From Escherichia phage BAU.Micro_ELP-22: DNA of 64,000 nucleotides. The notes below the pieces were generated by a model. The model saw only the letters and a program-made list of their open reading frames with translations. It made no database searches and was not told where the DNA came from. Below, one piece after another: positions 29,830 to 41,989 of this stretch. Both the position numbers and the translations under genes were made by a program. How positions within the stretch are numbered: the stretch's first letter is position 1; the number at the start of each line of letters is the position of its first letter. The stretch lies in the sequence record OR699282.2. One strand, 5' to 3'.

Positions 29830-30098
29830 TGACTAAAGACGAAATGAAATCTCGCTTAAGCGAACTGAAGAAAGAACGTAAACTAGTACGTTTAGACTGG
29901 GATATCCTTAACAGGAAAGATGAGCAATCATATGCTAACTGGAGTTCTGATAAAGTACGAAATGACCGTTCTAAAGAAGATGCAAAGCAATTCATGGCAT
30001 TATCGAAGCGACTATCATCTTTGAACAGTGAAATTACTGGCCTTCAGAAAGAGATCATTTCCATTCTTAAAGCGGAGATTGAATCACTCTATGAATAA
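29829..30098 (+). CDS. Hypothetical protein
   Basis: 89 aa; TAATG overlap. Confidence 0.5.
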   Translation: MTKDEMKSRLSELKKERKLVRLDWDILNRKDEQSYANWSSDKVRNDRSKEDAKQFMALSKRLSSLNSEITGLQKEIISILKAEIESLYE

Positions 30099-30387
30099 AC
30101 ATGAAGTAATTCATTTTGATGATAAGATCTATATTCCAAATATTGATAGTACTGAAACATATTACCTAATCAATAAGATTATGGCTGAAACAAATACGTG
30201 TTGTCGTCAACAGCCAGGAAAATATGAGTTCAGTCAGACTATTGGTTATTACCGATATGATATGTTAGAATCATTTACAATTGATAAGTCTAAAGTTATT
30301 GACATTCTTGTACAGAATGGATATAATGAACAACGTGTAAATGATACAGATTTACCAGTTTCAAAAATTGTTCTTTCTAATAATTAA
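30091..30387 (+). CDS. Hypothetical protein
   Basis: 98 aa from ATG 30091 (track start 30028 overlaps upstream gene by 70 nt). Confidence 0.45.
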   Translation: MNKHEVIHFDDKIYIPNIDSTETYYLINKIMAETNTCCRQQPGKYEFSQTIGYYRYDMLESFTIDKSKVIDILVQNGYNEQRVNDTDLPVSKIVLSNN

Positions 30388-30390
30388 AAA

Positions 30391-30419
30391 TTGGACAAGA
30401 ACAGATATTGTGATATAAT
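30391..30419 (+). promoter_or_regulatory. Sigma70-type early promoter
   Basis: TTGGAC, 17 nt spacer, GATATAAT. Confidence 0.55.
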
Positions 30420-30502
30420 GTTTGTTATCGGCAGATATTAAAATGCAAACCATTCCTCAATGATGAGGGTTTTTCATAAAAAAGAAATAAAAGGGTATTA
30501 AA

Positions 30503-30712
30503 ATGGCTAAAGAAACTAACGCACAAGTACTAGATATCACCGACTTCGACCGCACTGTGAACTACATTCAATTCCAGATTCATCAAGCAGAAGAAGCTCT
30601 AGCAGTATTCCACGGTACTGGTGCAAGGCCAATCCGTTTTGCTCACTTGATTGCATGGAAGAAAAGTCTTCAAGAAGAACTATCTGAACTGCGTAAAGCA
30701 AATCGTAAGTAA
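30503..30712 (+). CDS. Hypothetical protein
   Basis: 69 aa; AAGGG RBS. Confidence 0.5.
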   Translation: MAKETNAQVLDITDFDRTVNYIQFQIHQAEEALAVFHGTGARPIRFAHLIAWKKSLQEELSELRKANRK

Positions 30713-30723
30713 TTTATCTTACC

Positions 30724-30751
30724 GCCTCATCATTTTTGATGGGGCATTTTA
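30724..30751 (+). terminator. Rho-independent terminator
   Basis: gcctcatca/tgatggggc hairpin with one G-U pair, followed by TTTT. Confidence 0.55.
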
Positions 30752-30777
30752 ATCATATAAAGTAAGAGGATTTATAA

Positions 30778-31284
30778 ATGAGTGTTGAATATTGGTTTTT
30801 GTTTGTGTGTATTGGTACACTTGCATTAATCACCATTGGATTGATTTTCAATACCATGATTAGTGGAAGTAAGTACTTTAAGACATTCCAACTTTTAATG
30901 TCTGCTATGCCATATAGTGCTGATGCCGAAAAAACAATTTCTCTAATTTTAGATAAGTTCGATGCAAATCTTTTGGTGGCTAAAATTTCAGCATGTGATA
31001 CAAATATTTCATTCTACTCGGTTGACACGGATCTAGATGGAATTGATACACAATACTCAAATCCAGTAGTTGCTGAAATTTTCATTGGTTCAAAATATTA
31101 TGCCTATGGATATGTAAGAAAATATTATTCAGAAGCAAAAGCTGAGTTGACGAAGAAGCGACCATCAATAAAAACTTTAAAACGCATCATTGCGTTGGAA
31201 AAATCACTTCGTGGTCAAACAAGCGTTAATGAGCCACCATCAGTGATTAAATCCAAAAAAAGTAATGTTGTGGAGTTGGAGTAA
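30778..31284 (+). CDS. Membrane-anchored protein
   Basis: 168 aa; N-terminal TM helix; AGAGGA RBS. Confidence 0.55.
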   Translation: MSVEYWFLFVCIGTLALITIGLIFNTMISGSKYFKTFQLLMSAMPYSADAEKTISLILDKFDANLLVAKISACDTNISFYSVDTDLDGIDTQYSNPVVAEIFIGSKYYAYGYVRKYYSEAKAELTKKRPSIKTLKRIIALEKSLRGQTSVNEPPSVIKSKKSNVVELE

Positions 31285-31574
31285 TGGAACCAGAAAAATC
31301 AAGAAAAATTCTTATTGATGTCCAAACTAAATTACTAGATATTATGGAAATCATCAATGAGTTACCACAGGGTTATCAGTACAAAGTTCGTGAAATGTTA
31401 TCTTGTGCCGAAACCGTTGTTTCTATGTACGATGATATTCAACATGGTATTATCCCTGATATTCTCAAAGATGACGTAAATATTAACACTGAGGTAAAAG
31501 AAACTAAATTAGAATCAGAAACAGTATCTAATAAAAAAGTTCTAGACCTTAGTGGTATAAAAATTAATATCTAA
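31284..31574 (+). CDS. Hypothetical protein
   Basis: 96 aa; TAATG overlap. Confidence 0.5.
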   Translation: MEPEKSRKILIDVQTKLLDIMEIINELPQGYQYKVREMLSCAETVVSMYDDIQHGIIPDILKDDVNINTEVKETKLESETVSNKKVLDLSGIKINI

Positions 31575-31596
31575 AAAACATCCAATAGGAGAAGTA

Positions 31597-31746
31597 ATGA
31601 GTAATCAAAAAATCGACTTAGTAGTAAAACTTCAAGAGATTCAAGCACTAGCTAAAGACCTTGATAACACACGTGCATCAGTAGTTGATTCACTATGTGC
31701 AACAATCCTGACTGTTTTTACAGATTACGAAAAGAAATCTGATTAA
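31597..31746 (+). CDS. Small hypothetical protein
   Basis: 49 aa; strong AGGAGAAG RBS; below ORF-track threshold. Confidence 0.45.
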   Translation: MSNQKIDLVVKLQEIQALAKDLDNTRASVVDSLCATILTVFTDYEKKSD

Positions 31747-31761
31747 ACGTTACTTTGTAAA

Positions 31762-31789
31762 TACCCAGTACTTGACTGGGTATTTTTTT
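31762..31789 (+). terminator. Rho-independent terminator
   Basis: taccca/tgggta stem, 9-nt loop containing TTGAC, followed by TTTTTTT. Confidence 0.65.
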
Positions 31790-31800
31790 AAGGAAATAAA

Positions 31801-32193
31801 ATGACTGAATCAGAACTACACGAAATGATAGATTTCATTTATGAAATGGTACAAGATAAAAATAACATCAATACAATTGCATCAGGCCCAAGACAAATTG
31901 GTAACCAAATAACATATTCTTTGTCCTTATGGTTACACCCGTGCATTAAGGTTGATTGTTTGTATTTCCGTCCTGATATTGATGCTTATTATTTTGTCAA
32001 TCATGATGCATTAATGAAACCACATAATCGTCCATTTGATGATACCTTTGTGACACACCCATTTTACCTGGCTGATTCCGAAGAAGATGAGTTTCAAAAG
32101 AACACAACGTTAAGCCCAGGTGAAATTTGCATCCCTTACGTACTTAAAGATAAAATGAATCACATCACAGAAGTTATGAAAACATGCTGGTAG
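31801..32193 (+). CDS. Hypothetical protein, divergent FFQ-family-like C-terminus
   Basis: 130 aa; SEEDEFQKNTTL. Confidence 0.5.
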   Translation: MTESELHEMIDFIYEMVQDKNNINTIASGPRQIGNQITYSLSLWLHPCIKVDCLYFRPDIDAYYFVNHDALMKPHNRPFDDTFVTHPFYLADSEEDEFQKNTTLSPGEICIPYVLKDKMNHITEVMKTCW

Positions 32194-32241
32194 ATGCAAT
32201 GAAACTTTGATATAATACAAATAATGATAATAGGAGGATAT

Positions 32242-32460
32242 ATGAAATTTATTGATTTTGATATTTCTAAGGCCAAAGAATTATTTGTAAGAAATGAAGT
32301 TTATGATATCATGTTACATAACGGCACTGTACAAGAAGATGTTGTGTTGTTTTCGTTTGATGGTGAAAATCTCGAAACTATATATAAATTCAGCAACTTA
32401 GATGGTGACTTTTGGGAAACCAGTGCTGTTAAAATGTATAGAATTAAAAAGGAGCATTAA
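32242..32460 (+). CDS. Hypothetical protein
   Basis: 72 aa from ATG with AGGAGG RBS. Confidence 0.5.
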   Translation: MKFIDFDISKAKELFVRNEVYDIMLHNGTVQEDVVLFSFDGENLETIYKFSNLDGDFWETSAVKMYRIKKEH

Positions 32461-32461
32461 C

Positions 32462-32950
32462 ATGCCAATTCGTGGTGTACCAGAACCATTAATGGAAGTT
32501 ATTAAGCATGTTCGCATTGGAGATCGAGAAGTTAATCTTCGCCGTAATAACATTTATTACTTTAAAACTTCAGAAATGAGTTCTGTACAGATTGTCATTG
32601 GTACATCTATTAAGATCACTCGCGTACTTGATGGTAGTACTGACTTCGTTGAATATAATGTACTTACTAATAAAGTAACGCATATATATAAATGGAGTGG
32701 GTATAAAACTATTAAGTATGAATTTGACTTAGCTAGAACTGAAGAAGAACGATTTATGCTGAGTACTATCAATCCAGCAAACTATCCCGATCTTGATGCA
32801 TTTTTGCTAATTTTAAAATTGTATAATGAAGCAAATCAGAAAGCTAAAGAGTATGATAGAATCATGTATGAACGCCGAAAAGAACGTGCACAAAAAAGTT
32901 ATGATCTGTATGATAGCCCATACGTAAAATATAGTAAGGGATCGAAATGA
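32462..32950 (+). CDS. C-terminal FFQ-x-S motif family member (variant FM-x-S)
   Basis: 162 aa from ATG 32462 with AGGAG RBS; TEEERFMLSTINP. Confidence 0.5.
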   Translation: MPIRGVPEPLMEVIKHVRIGDREVNLRRNNIYYFKTSEMSSVQIVIGTSIKITRVLDGSTDFVEYNVLTNKVTHIYKWSGYKTIKYEFDLARTEEERFMLSTINPANYPDLDAFLLILKLYNEANQKAKEYDRIMYERRKERAQKSYDLYDSPYVKYSKGSK

Positions 32951-33351
32951 ATAAAGAAGTTCAAATTATCATAACTCCACCTATACAAAGTCTGGATGTA
33001 TCCATTAGTGATTTTTTGGAAAAATACTATGAATGGTTTAATGAAGATTCAGTAATTTATAACCATTCATTGCCTGATGGTTTCGTTGAGCTTATTGAAT
33101 TAAATGCCAAATCACTATACTTCTGTGTTGAATACAATGATTATATGACAGATGAAGCATATCGTTTTCGTTGTACATTGTATCCTAACCATTTTTCCAT
33201 TGGTTATAAAGATTACCAGTACTGTACCACTAACTATAGTGTTGAGGAAGAATTTCAGTACAATTTACTTTATCCTGATTTAGATTATACGATTGCAGTA
33301 CTGTTGACTAAAATCATGGATTTTTATAAAGATAAATATAATGCAGCCTAA
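32947..33351 (+). CDS. Hypothetical protein, divergent family-like C-terminus
   Basis: 134 aa; VEEEFQYNLLYPD. Confidence 0.45.
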   Translation: MNKEVQIIITPPIQSLDVSISDFLEKYYEWFNEDSVIYNHSLPDGFVELIELNAKSLYFCVEYNDYMTDEAYRFRCTLYPNHFSIGYKDYQYCTTNYSVEEEFQYNLLYPDLDYTIAVLLTKIMDFYKDKYNAA

Positions 33352-33526
33352 GACATTTGATGAGTGGTTTAATCTACACTATAATATAAATGCAGCAGAT
33401 ATATACTATTTTAAGCTTGAATTGTATATATCATTGCGTAACCCAATTGAGTACTATAACAACATTATCAATTGTGATGATTTTGGTACATATTTTAGTA
33501 TAGCCGTTATGGATATTAAGAGATGA
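33341..33526 (+). CDS. Hypothetical protein
   Basis: 61 aa ORF. Confidence 0.35.
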   Translation: MQPKTFDEWFNLHYNINAADIYYFKLELYISLRNPIEYYNNIINCDDFGTYFSIAVMDIKR

Positions 33527-33702
33527 CACATGAAGAATGGATGACAATGATGAAAAAACGTTATGACCAGTTTGGAAATGGATTTATTGATGGTCATTTC
33601 GATATTTTACGAGACAAATATAAGTTCGAATCATATGTACTAGATGAGAATGGAAATCGTTGGTTCATCTATGAGCTTGCGGTTAGAGACAAAAAAATAT
33701 AA
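33523..33702 (+). CDS. MTHEEW mini-protein family member 1
   Basis: 59 aa; MTHEEWM N-terminus, WFIYELAVRDKK C-terminus; ATGA overlap. Confidence 0.5.
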   Translation: MTHEEWMTMMKKRYDQFGNGFIDGHFDILRDKYKFESYVLDENGNRWFIYELAVRDKKI

Positions 33703-33755
33703 TAATCTTTTCCATTGTCCATTGCAATGCTTTCTTTACAGAAGAATAAATGAAA

Positions 33756-33800
33756 CACTTAATTGAACTGGATACATAAAATGACACATGAAGAATGGAT
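33756..33800 (+). repeat. 45-bp direct repeat, copy 1 (junction preceding an MTHEEW gene)
   Basis: cacttaattgaactggatacataaaatgacacatgaagaatggat; copy 2 at 34276-34319 with 2 mismatches; partial third copy near 35418. Confidence 0.7.
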
Positions 33801-33957
33801 AGAGTCACTAAAATATAAACATGATCATTTTGGATTTGGTATACGCCAAGGCCATTATGATGTTTTGAACGATAAAAAAACGTTCGAATCATTGGTTTTG
33901 AACGAAGATTCCAACCACTGGTTCATCTACGAGCTTGCTATTAGAGATAAAAAATAG
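33781..33957 (+). CDS. MTHEEW mini-protein family member 2
   Basis: 58 aa; MTHEEWI...WFIYELAIRDKK. Confidence 0.5.
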   Translation: MTHEEWIESLKYKHDHFGFGIRQGHYDVLNDKKTFESLVLNEDSNHWFIYELAIRDKK

Positions 33958-33962
33958 TAAGA

Positions 33963-34298
<336 letters not shown>

Positions 34299-34299
34299 A

Positions 34300-34482
34300 A
34301 TGACACACGAAGAATGGATGTCCAAACAGCATAAAGAACATGACTGCTTTGGGAATGGCATTCGTCAGGTACATTATGATATATTAAGAGATGAAAATCT
34401 TTTCAGGTCATATGTTTTGGATACCAGAAAACCCTGGTTTATATGCGAACTGGCATTTAGAAAGTCAAATAATCAAAACTAA
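34300..34482 (+). CDS. MTHEEW mini-protein family member 3
   Basis: 60 aa; MTHEEWM...WFICELAFRK. Confidence 0.5.
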   Translation: MTHEEWMSKQHKEHDCFGNGIRQVHYDILRDENLFRSYVLDTRKPWFICELAFRKSNNQN

Positions 34483-34498
34483 ACAAGGAATACAAAAA

Positions 34499-34717
34499 AT
34501 GGAAACAACTTTATTAGAAGTTATTCAATCATTAAAACCTGAAGATGAGGTTCAAGTACTACTACATGGTTATCGTGTAAAAGGTACTGTGGTTTTAGTC
34601 AATGATACAACATTGGTTATTACAGAAACAAACCCATATGATAGTAATCAACTTGCCAATATCCATATCGATATCACTGGAATTATTGGTGTCGGTGTAT
34701 CTAAAACACTTGCATAA
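34499..34717 (+). CDS. Hypothetical protein
   Basis: 72 aa from ATG with AGGAA RBS. Confidence 0.45.
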   Translation: METTLLEVIQSLKPEDEVQVLLHGYRVKGTVVLVNDTTLVITETNPYDSNQLANIHIDITGIIGVGVSKTLA

Positions 34718-34770
34718 ATCATTAATTCATTATATAATGATTATCACTGGTTCTAGATGAGGATAATATT

Positions 34771-35043
34771 ATGCATTTTGAAAAATTCAACGTAAATCGT
34801 AACACACGCATTGAAGTTCTTTATGAAACTCAAGACACCATTAGTATTCGTACAAGTAGTGGGGATGTATATCATGACTGTACGATTGGCTGGGAACAGG
34901 GAAGAACGCGTAGTGCAGTATTTGATAATTATCGCTTTTATCAAGGAGACACTACGATTTGGCCTGAATACGTAGAAGATATTGCGTTTGAAGATGAACA
35001 TAAAGATGAATTTATCAAATTTAATCCTCAAACTGAATCATAA
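34771..35043 (+). CDS. Hypothetical protein
   Basis: 90 aa; GAGGA RBS. Confidence 0.5.
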   Translation: MHFEKFNVNRNTRIEVLYETQDTISIRTSSGDVYHDCTIGWEQGRTRSAVFDNYRFYQGDTTIWPEYVEDIAFEDEHKDEFIKFNPQTES

Positions 35044-35048
35044 ATAAT

Positions 35049-35176
<128 letters not shown>

Positions 35177-35180
35177 AAAT

Positions 35181-35282
<102 letters not shown>

Positions 35283-35287
35283 AAACC

Positions 35288-35448
35288 ATGACGCATGAAG
35301 AATGGATGAATGACATTAATTTTAGATATTCGGGTATCGGTAAATGGCTAAAGTATCATTGGGAATTCATTTCAGAGCCACATATGTATGATAAACTTAT
35401 CAACGATCCAGCATATGAAATGTACTTAATTGAACTACTGGTACGAAT

Positions 35449-35452
<4 letters not shown>
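35288..35452 (+). CDS. MTHEEW mini-protein family member 4
   Basis: 54 aa; MTHEEWMNDINF...; below ORF-track threshold. Confidence 0.4.
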
Positions 35453-35614
<162 letters not shown>

Positions 35615-35624
35615 AAAAAAAAGA

Positions 35625-36033
<409 letters not shown>

Positions 36034-36037
<4 letters not shown>

Positions 36038-36061
36038 CTAAATAATTCAGTACTGTATAAT
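36034..36061 (+). promoter_or_regulatory. Early promoter, conserved-spacer family
   Basis: TTGACT-aaataattcagtactg-TATAAT; drives tRNA-Gly. Confidence 0.7.
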
Positions 36062-36063
36062 GC

Positions 36064-36147
<84 letters not shown>

Positions 36148-36167
36148 TTAATAATTCAAAGGTGAAT

Positions 36168-36344
36168 ATGATGCTATCACACAAAACAGCAACTGTTGAA
36201 AATATTGAATCATTATCTGCACAAGAATTGGTTGACAAAATTAAAGAAGTATGTGATAATAATGGCATTGATATGAATGATACATTTATTAGTGTAGGTT
36301 ATGGTGATTTAGAAATTCAATCTAAAACACTATATTATACTTGA
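36168..36344 (+). CDS. Small hypothetical protein
   Basis: 58 aa from ATG with AAGGTGA RBS. Confidence 0.45.
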   Translation: MMLSHKTATVENIESLSAQELVDKIKEVCDNNGIDMNDTFISVGYGDLEIQSKTLYYT

Positions 36345-36362
36345 CTAAATAGTTCAGTACCG
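36341..36362 (+). repeat. Degenerate copy of conserved-spacer promoter (has -35 and spacer, lacks -10)
   Basis: TTGACTaaatagttcagtacc followed by GAAGGAG rather than TATAAT. Confidence 0.5.
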
Positions 36363-36400
36363 AAGGAGATTAATATGTTTAAAGATGAACGTCCAGATTT

Positions 36401-36441
<41 letters not shown>

Positions 36442-36448
36442 GAATTCC

Positions 36449-36788
36449 ACAATCAGACGTATATGGTGTAAGTTACGTCGATGCAATCCAGAACAAGATC
36501 TCTGGTACTCTAGGAAGTGGTGAATGTTAACCTAGACGGGTTTGATAATTGGACGATAGGCAATTATTACTTGACTAGCAGGTTGAAACTAGAGGTGACA
36601 GTCCTTCACCAAACTGGAAAACCGGATGGACTTTTATTTAAAAGGGTAAGGCGTGGAAATATGTTTACAGAAGTTGCTTTTAGTAGCCTGTACGCCCCAC
36701 GTCAAGGTAGCCGAAAGGCAAGTTAAAACGGATGGTTATAAAGCTGAATTAACAGCGGCGTTTAAAAGCGTCACCATCCATTTTTTTT
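36449..36788 (+). ncRNA. Candidate structured non-coding RNA (about 340 nt) within the tRNA island
   Basis: Starts at predicted TSS of promoter 36413; GC-enriched versus flanks; ends in ggatggt...caccatcc stem plus T8; only internal ORF has GTG start. Confidence 0.35.
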
Positions 36789-36804
36789 AATTAAAGTTGG
36801 TGAT

Positions 36805-37194
<390 letters not shown>

Positions 37195-37210
37195 TATTAA
37201 GTATTGATAT

Positions 37211-37456
<246 letters not shown>

Positions 37457-37461
37457 CTAAA

Positions 37462-37626
<165 letters not shown>

Positions 37627-37650
37627 ACGAAATTACAATAGGAAATTAAA

Positions 37651-37836
37651 ATGCAACTTTTAATTCTTTCAATATTGTATATTATTATAATGGTTCCGAT
37701 ATCAATACGTTTAATTACAGTTGAACGATTTTTATCGAAACATGGAAATAGATCTATGATCTTTGTACCAATCGGGTTGATATTGTTTGGTATATTTTCA
37801 TTTATAATGGGAATTAACGCTACATTCATTTCATAG
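37651..37836 (+). CDS. Small membrane protein
   Basis: 61 aa; two hydrophobic helices; AGGAAA RBS. Confidence 0.45.
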   Translation: MQLLILSILYIIIMVPISIRLITVERFLSKHGNRSMIFVPIGLILFGIFSFIMGINATFIS

Positions 37837-37845
37837 GAAACAAAT

Positions 37846-38103
<258 letters not shown>

Positions 38104-38111
38104 GAATTTAA

Positions 38112-38513
38112 ATGAAAAAGAATGACTTGATCAAAATGCTTCAAGAGATTGACGGCAATCCAGAGATTGTTATTTGGAATGGATATGTCGATGATTATAT
38201 GAACATCGAAAAAGGCTTGACTAAAATCACTCTAGTCAAAGAAACTGAACAGTTCCTTCTGGAAGCATTAGTGCACGAATGGTGCAAACGTAACAATACA
38301 TTCGACATTCCAGAAGATCAACGAACTAAGATTGCAGAACGTGCTAAAGAACTGCATAAGAAACGCGAATACGATTTCCAGAACCCACATGTTACTGAAG
38401 ACGAATTCAATCACTGGTACGGTAAAAAGAAATTGACAAAGTATGTCCTTTCACCTAAACTACGTGGTAAGACTTCACTTGGTGTATTCAACGCCGCAGA
38501 CTTAAACTACTAG
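38112..38513 (+). CDS. Hypothetical protein (paralogue of next gene)
   Basis: 133 aa; N-terminus MKKNDLIKMLQEIDGNPEIV parallels next ORF. Confidence 0.55.
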   Translation: MKKNDLIKMLQEIDGNPEIVIWNGYVDDYMNIEKGLTKITLVKETEQFLLEALVHEWCKRNNTFDIPEDQRTKIAERAKELHKKREYDFQNPHVTEDEFNHWYGKKKLTKYVLSPKLRGKTSLGVFNAADLNY

Positions 38514-38522
38514 CGGGTATTA

Positions 38523-39071
<549 letters not shown>

Positions 39072-39073
39072 TA

Positions 39074-39130
<57 letters not shown>

Positions 39131-39143
39131 AGTAAGAGTAAAA

Positions 39144-39316
<173 letters not shown>

Positions 39317-39328
39317 TATCTTACTTCT

Positions 39329-39407
<79 letters not shown>

Positions 39408-39424
39408 CAAAATAAAGGTACACT

Positions 39425-39850
39425 ATGAAATACAACATTGTTAAAATGGTGAACTATGTATTAAAAAACAACGCATGGTCACTGCATGATGTACATATAG
39501 AAGATATTGGTGAAGTTAGAGTATTTTGCTATGATCCAGATTTGAATCAAACCACAGATTTGAGTAAATGTTTTAATATTTTTCTTGGTTATGAATTCAA
39601 TAATCATTTTTATTCATTTGATGTGTATTTTGAAAAAGTTATATTCAGAAGTTATGAATGTGATAATGAAGATTATGATTATGATGATGAATCAATTGAA
39701 TTGAATGTTAACGATATTGATACTGAAGAAAAATTCTTCCAGTACTGCCTCGTTAACAACACATTAGGATTAACATTTGATGACATTAGTGCTATCCTTA
39801 AAGTTCAAAAATTGATTCCAGAAGAGGTATTAAATCCGTTAAATGACTAG
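39425..39850 (+). CDS. C-terminal FFQ-x-S motif family member
   Basis: 141 aa; TEEKFFQYCLVNN. Confidence 0.55.
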   Translation: MKYNIVKMVNYVLKNNAWSLHDVHIEDIGEVRVFCYDPDLNQTTDLSKCFNIFLGYEFNNHFYSFDVYFEKVIFRSYECDNEDYDYDDESIELNVNDIDTEEKFFQYCLVNNTLGLTFDDISAILKVQKLIPEEVLNPLND

Positions 39851-40058
39851 AACAGTTTACAAGCACAATGGTGTGGTGTATCTAGCAGATAATACTGGAA
39901 CTTGGATTGTTAATCAAGGTAATCCACCAAATCCATATTCAGTTGGAAGTGAGTTTTCACTTAAAAGAACATGGCTATCAACTGATAATATGTGTAAGTA
40001 TGGGGATTTTGATACATATGAAGATGCTATGAATCGTGTTCGTTCTATAATTGATTAA
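39843..40058 (+). CDS. Hypothetical protein
   Basis: 71 aa ORF. Confidence 0.45.
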   Translation: MTRTVYKHNGVVYLADNTGTWIVNQGNPPNPYSVGSEFSLKRTWLSTDNMCKYGDFDTYEDAMNRVRSIID

Positions 40059-40428
40059 AAGGTACTTGATGGATAGTCTAATAGTACGTATAATGCAAGA
40101 TGTTCGTAAGAATCTTTATACTGGTAATTTTGATGATCATAACATAAAAATATTATGTTATGATGGTTTCACACTGACACATCCATCAGAATCTAATAAT
40201 ATATACATAGCATATACTTCTCCTAATATTTTGTATCAATTTGATTTATATAGTACAATGGCTAAGATAACCTTAGATGTTTCTAATGAGCCGATTTTTA
40301 TAGCAGTACGTGATGTTGAGTACACAGAAGAGTCATTATTCCAGTACTCAATGATAAATGACATTGGTGACTTGACATTAGAAGAAATAAATGTTATAGT
40401 TGGTATGTGTCGTTTGATTAATCCATAA
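40051..40428 (+). CDS. C-terminal FFQ-x-S motif family member
   Basis: 125 aa; TEESLFQYSMIND. Confidence 0.55.
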   Translation: MIKRYLMDSLIVRIMQDVRKNLYTGNFDDHNIKILCYDGFTLTHPSESNNIYIAYTSPNILYQFDLYSTMAKITLDVSNEPIFIAVRDVEYTEESLFQYSMINDIGDLTLEEINVIVGMCRLINP

Positions 40429-40441
40429 CTCGGAGCTTAAT

Positions 40442-40633
40442 ATGTTTTGGAATTTGTTATGCTTATTTGGTCGTACATTGGTTCTTGCTATTATTCATAC
40501 ACCTGGTATTCGTAATTATGTTTCTTATGAATTTAAGAAAAATTATCATAACAATACTGAAGTTCGTACAACTAAGATGTGCAAAGACTTCAAGGTAGAT
40601 GTTCCACCATTCAAGAAGTACGAGGATGAATAA
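40442..40633 (+). CDS. Small membrane protein
   Basis: 63 aa; hydrophobic N-terminus. Confidence 0.45.
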   Translation: MFWNLLCLFGRTLVLAIIHTPGIRNYVSYEFKKNYHNNTEVRTTKMCKDFKVDVPPFKKYEDE

Positions 40634-40917
40634 TGGAATTCATTGTTGCACCTGATGAACTTAAAACATTTACGTTCAGAGATAATAACAATTATCCTTA
40701 TACAAATCATTCATTGAATTCATTGCATGTTATTTCAATCATTGCATCTGAATACAGAGATAATCCATGTATTGATTTTAAAACCACTGATGGTGAATAT
40801 ACATGGGTGTTCCCAAAAGATAAATATAGTTATCAAGGGGCAGTAGAAATTCGTGACTCGATTCTAAAACAAATCGAAGATGGAAATACTCATCCTAAAC
40901 TAAACACTCAGTACTGA
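40633..40917 (+). CDS. Hypothetical protein
   Basis: 94 aa; TAATG overlap. Confidence 0.5.
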   Translation: MEFIVAPDELKTFTFRDNNNYPYTNHSLNSLHVISIIASEYRDNPCIDFKTTDGEYTWVFPKDKYSYQGAVEIRDSILKQIEDGNTHPKLNTQY

Positions 40918-40931
40918 AATCGTTTAACCCG

Positions 40932-41135
40932 ATAGCTTCTAGTCAGTACTGATTCCTCCTTATGTATAGAAGCTATCACTTTTTTACGTATAATGATATT
41001 ACCCTCAAATTCATTATATTCGTTACCCTCTAACAGTATCTTTTTATTCCTCTTGGATGCTGTAATTTAGAAGTTGACTTTTTAACTTCTACTGTGTTAT
41101 ACTTAAGGCTGATTCGATGAATCGGCCTTTTTTCT
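40932..41135 (+). terminator. Cluster of three hairpins, the last a probable terminator
   Basis: gatagcttcta...tagaagctatc (11-bp stem) plus T6; tagaagtt/aacttcta; ggctgattc/gaatcggcc plus T6. Confidence 0.5.
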
Positions 41136-41151
41136 TATATAGGTGAATGCA

Positions 41152-41571
41152 ATGAGTTATTTGTTTACTTTAATTGATAAGTATGTTGACATTGTATACC
41201 GTCAAGTTTGTAGTGATACGTTTGAAACAAAAAACCCAATTAGAGATGGCATTTTTGATGTTGTCGTTGGATCATTTTTGAATGGATACACCGAGACATT
41301 ATACAACAGTAATAATATTTTTATTTCAGTTCAATCCAGACATACATCAGACTATGCTGTTAGCATTGATATTTGGGAAAATAATATAGAAATAGATATA
41401 ACGGAACATACTAACATTCATGTTGATGATACATTTAATCAATTAACTGAAGAAATGTACTTGCAGTTGAATTTTGTACATGATCTTACAAATATCAGTT
41501 ATGATACATTAAGGAAAATATGTTTTCTTAGTGGGGTGATCCGTAGTAATATGAGTAAGGATGGGAAGTGA
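41152..41571 (+). CDS. C-terminal FFQ-x-S motif family member (variant)
   Basis: 139 aa from ATG with GGTGA RBS; TEEMYLQLNFVHD. Confidence 0.5.
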   Translation: MSYLFTLIDKYVDIVYRQVCSDTFETKNPIRDGIFDVVVGSFLNGYTETLYNSNNIFISVQSRHTSDYAVSIDIWENNIEIDITEHTNIHVDDTFNQLTEEMYLQLNFVHDLTNISYDTLRKICFLSGVIRSNMSKDGK

Positions 41572-41572
41572 A

Positions 41573-41989
41573 ATGTTAAAAATTCCACCTAAGTCGTTAA
41601 CACATCTTATTGAATGTGGTGTAATATTTTCCGAAGGTGATACCTCATCATACACATCGGTCGATGAACCTTATAATTTTTCATACCAATCTTATAAAAA
41701 TAATTCTAAAATTTCTTGTAGATATGCTGAAAACATATTAATAGATGTTTCGTTACATAATGTTCCGAAATTTTACATTGATATCTTTGGTGATTCTTTG
41801 ACAATTCGAACATATGATTATTTTATTAATAACGACCTCTTGAGTCTTCCAATTGAACATGATACTATAGATTCAGAGATGTTCTTTCAACTATCAACAG
41901 TTTACGATTTACAGGGTTTAACTGTTGAGCAGTTGAATGGAATATTTGAGATTTCACGAAACATACGAAGCAGGAATAAAAATGTCTAA
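41573..41989 (+). CDS. C-terminal FFQ-x-S motif family member
   Basis: 138 aa; DSEMFFQLSTVYD. Confidence 0.55.
   Translation: MLKIPPKSLTHLIECGVIFSEGDTSSYTSVDEPYNFSYQSYKNNSKISCRYAENILIDVSLHNVPKFYIDIFGDSLTIRTYDYFINNDLLSLPIEHDTIDSEMFFQLSTVYDLQGLTVEQLNGIFEISRNIRSRNKNV

Noticed and set aside
36517-36726. ORF-track protein of 69 aa inside the candidate ncRNA
   Set aside because: GTG start, atypical GC-rich composition, and the unit is bounded by a promoter and strong terminator; kept only as an alternative explanation
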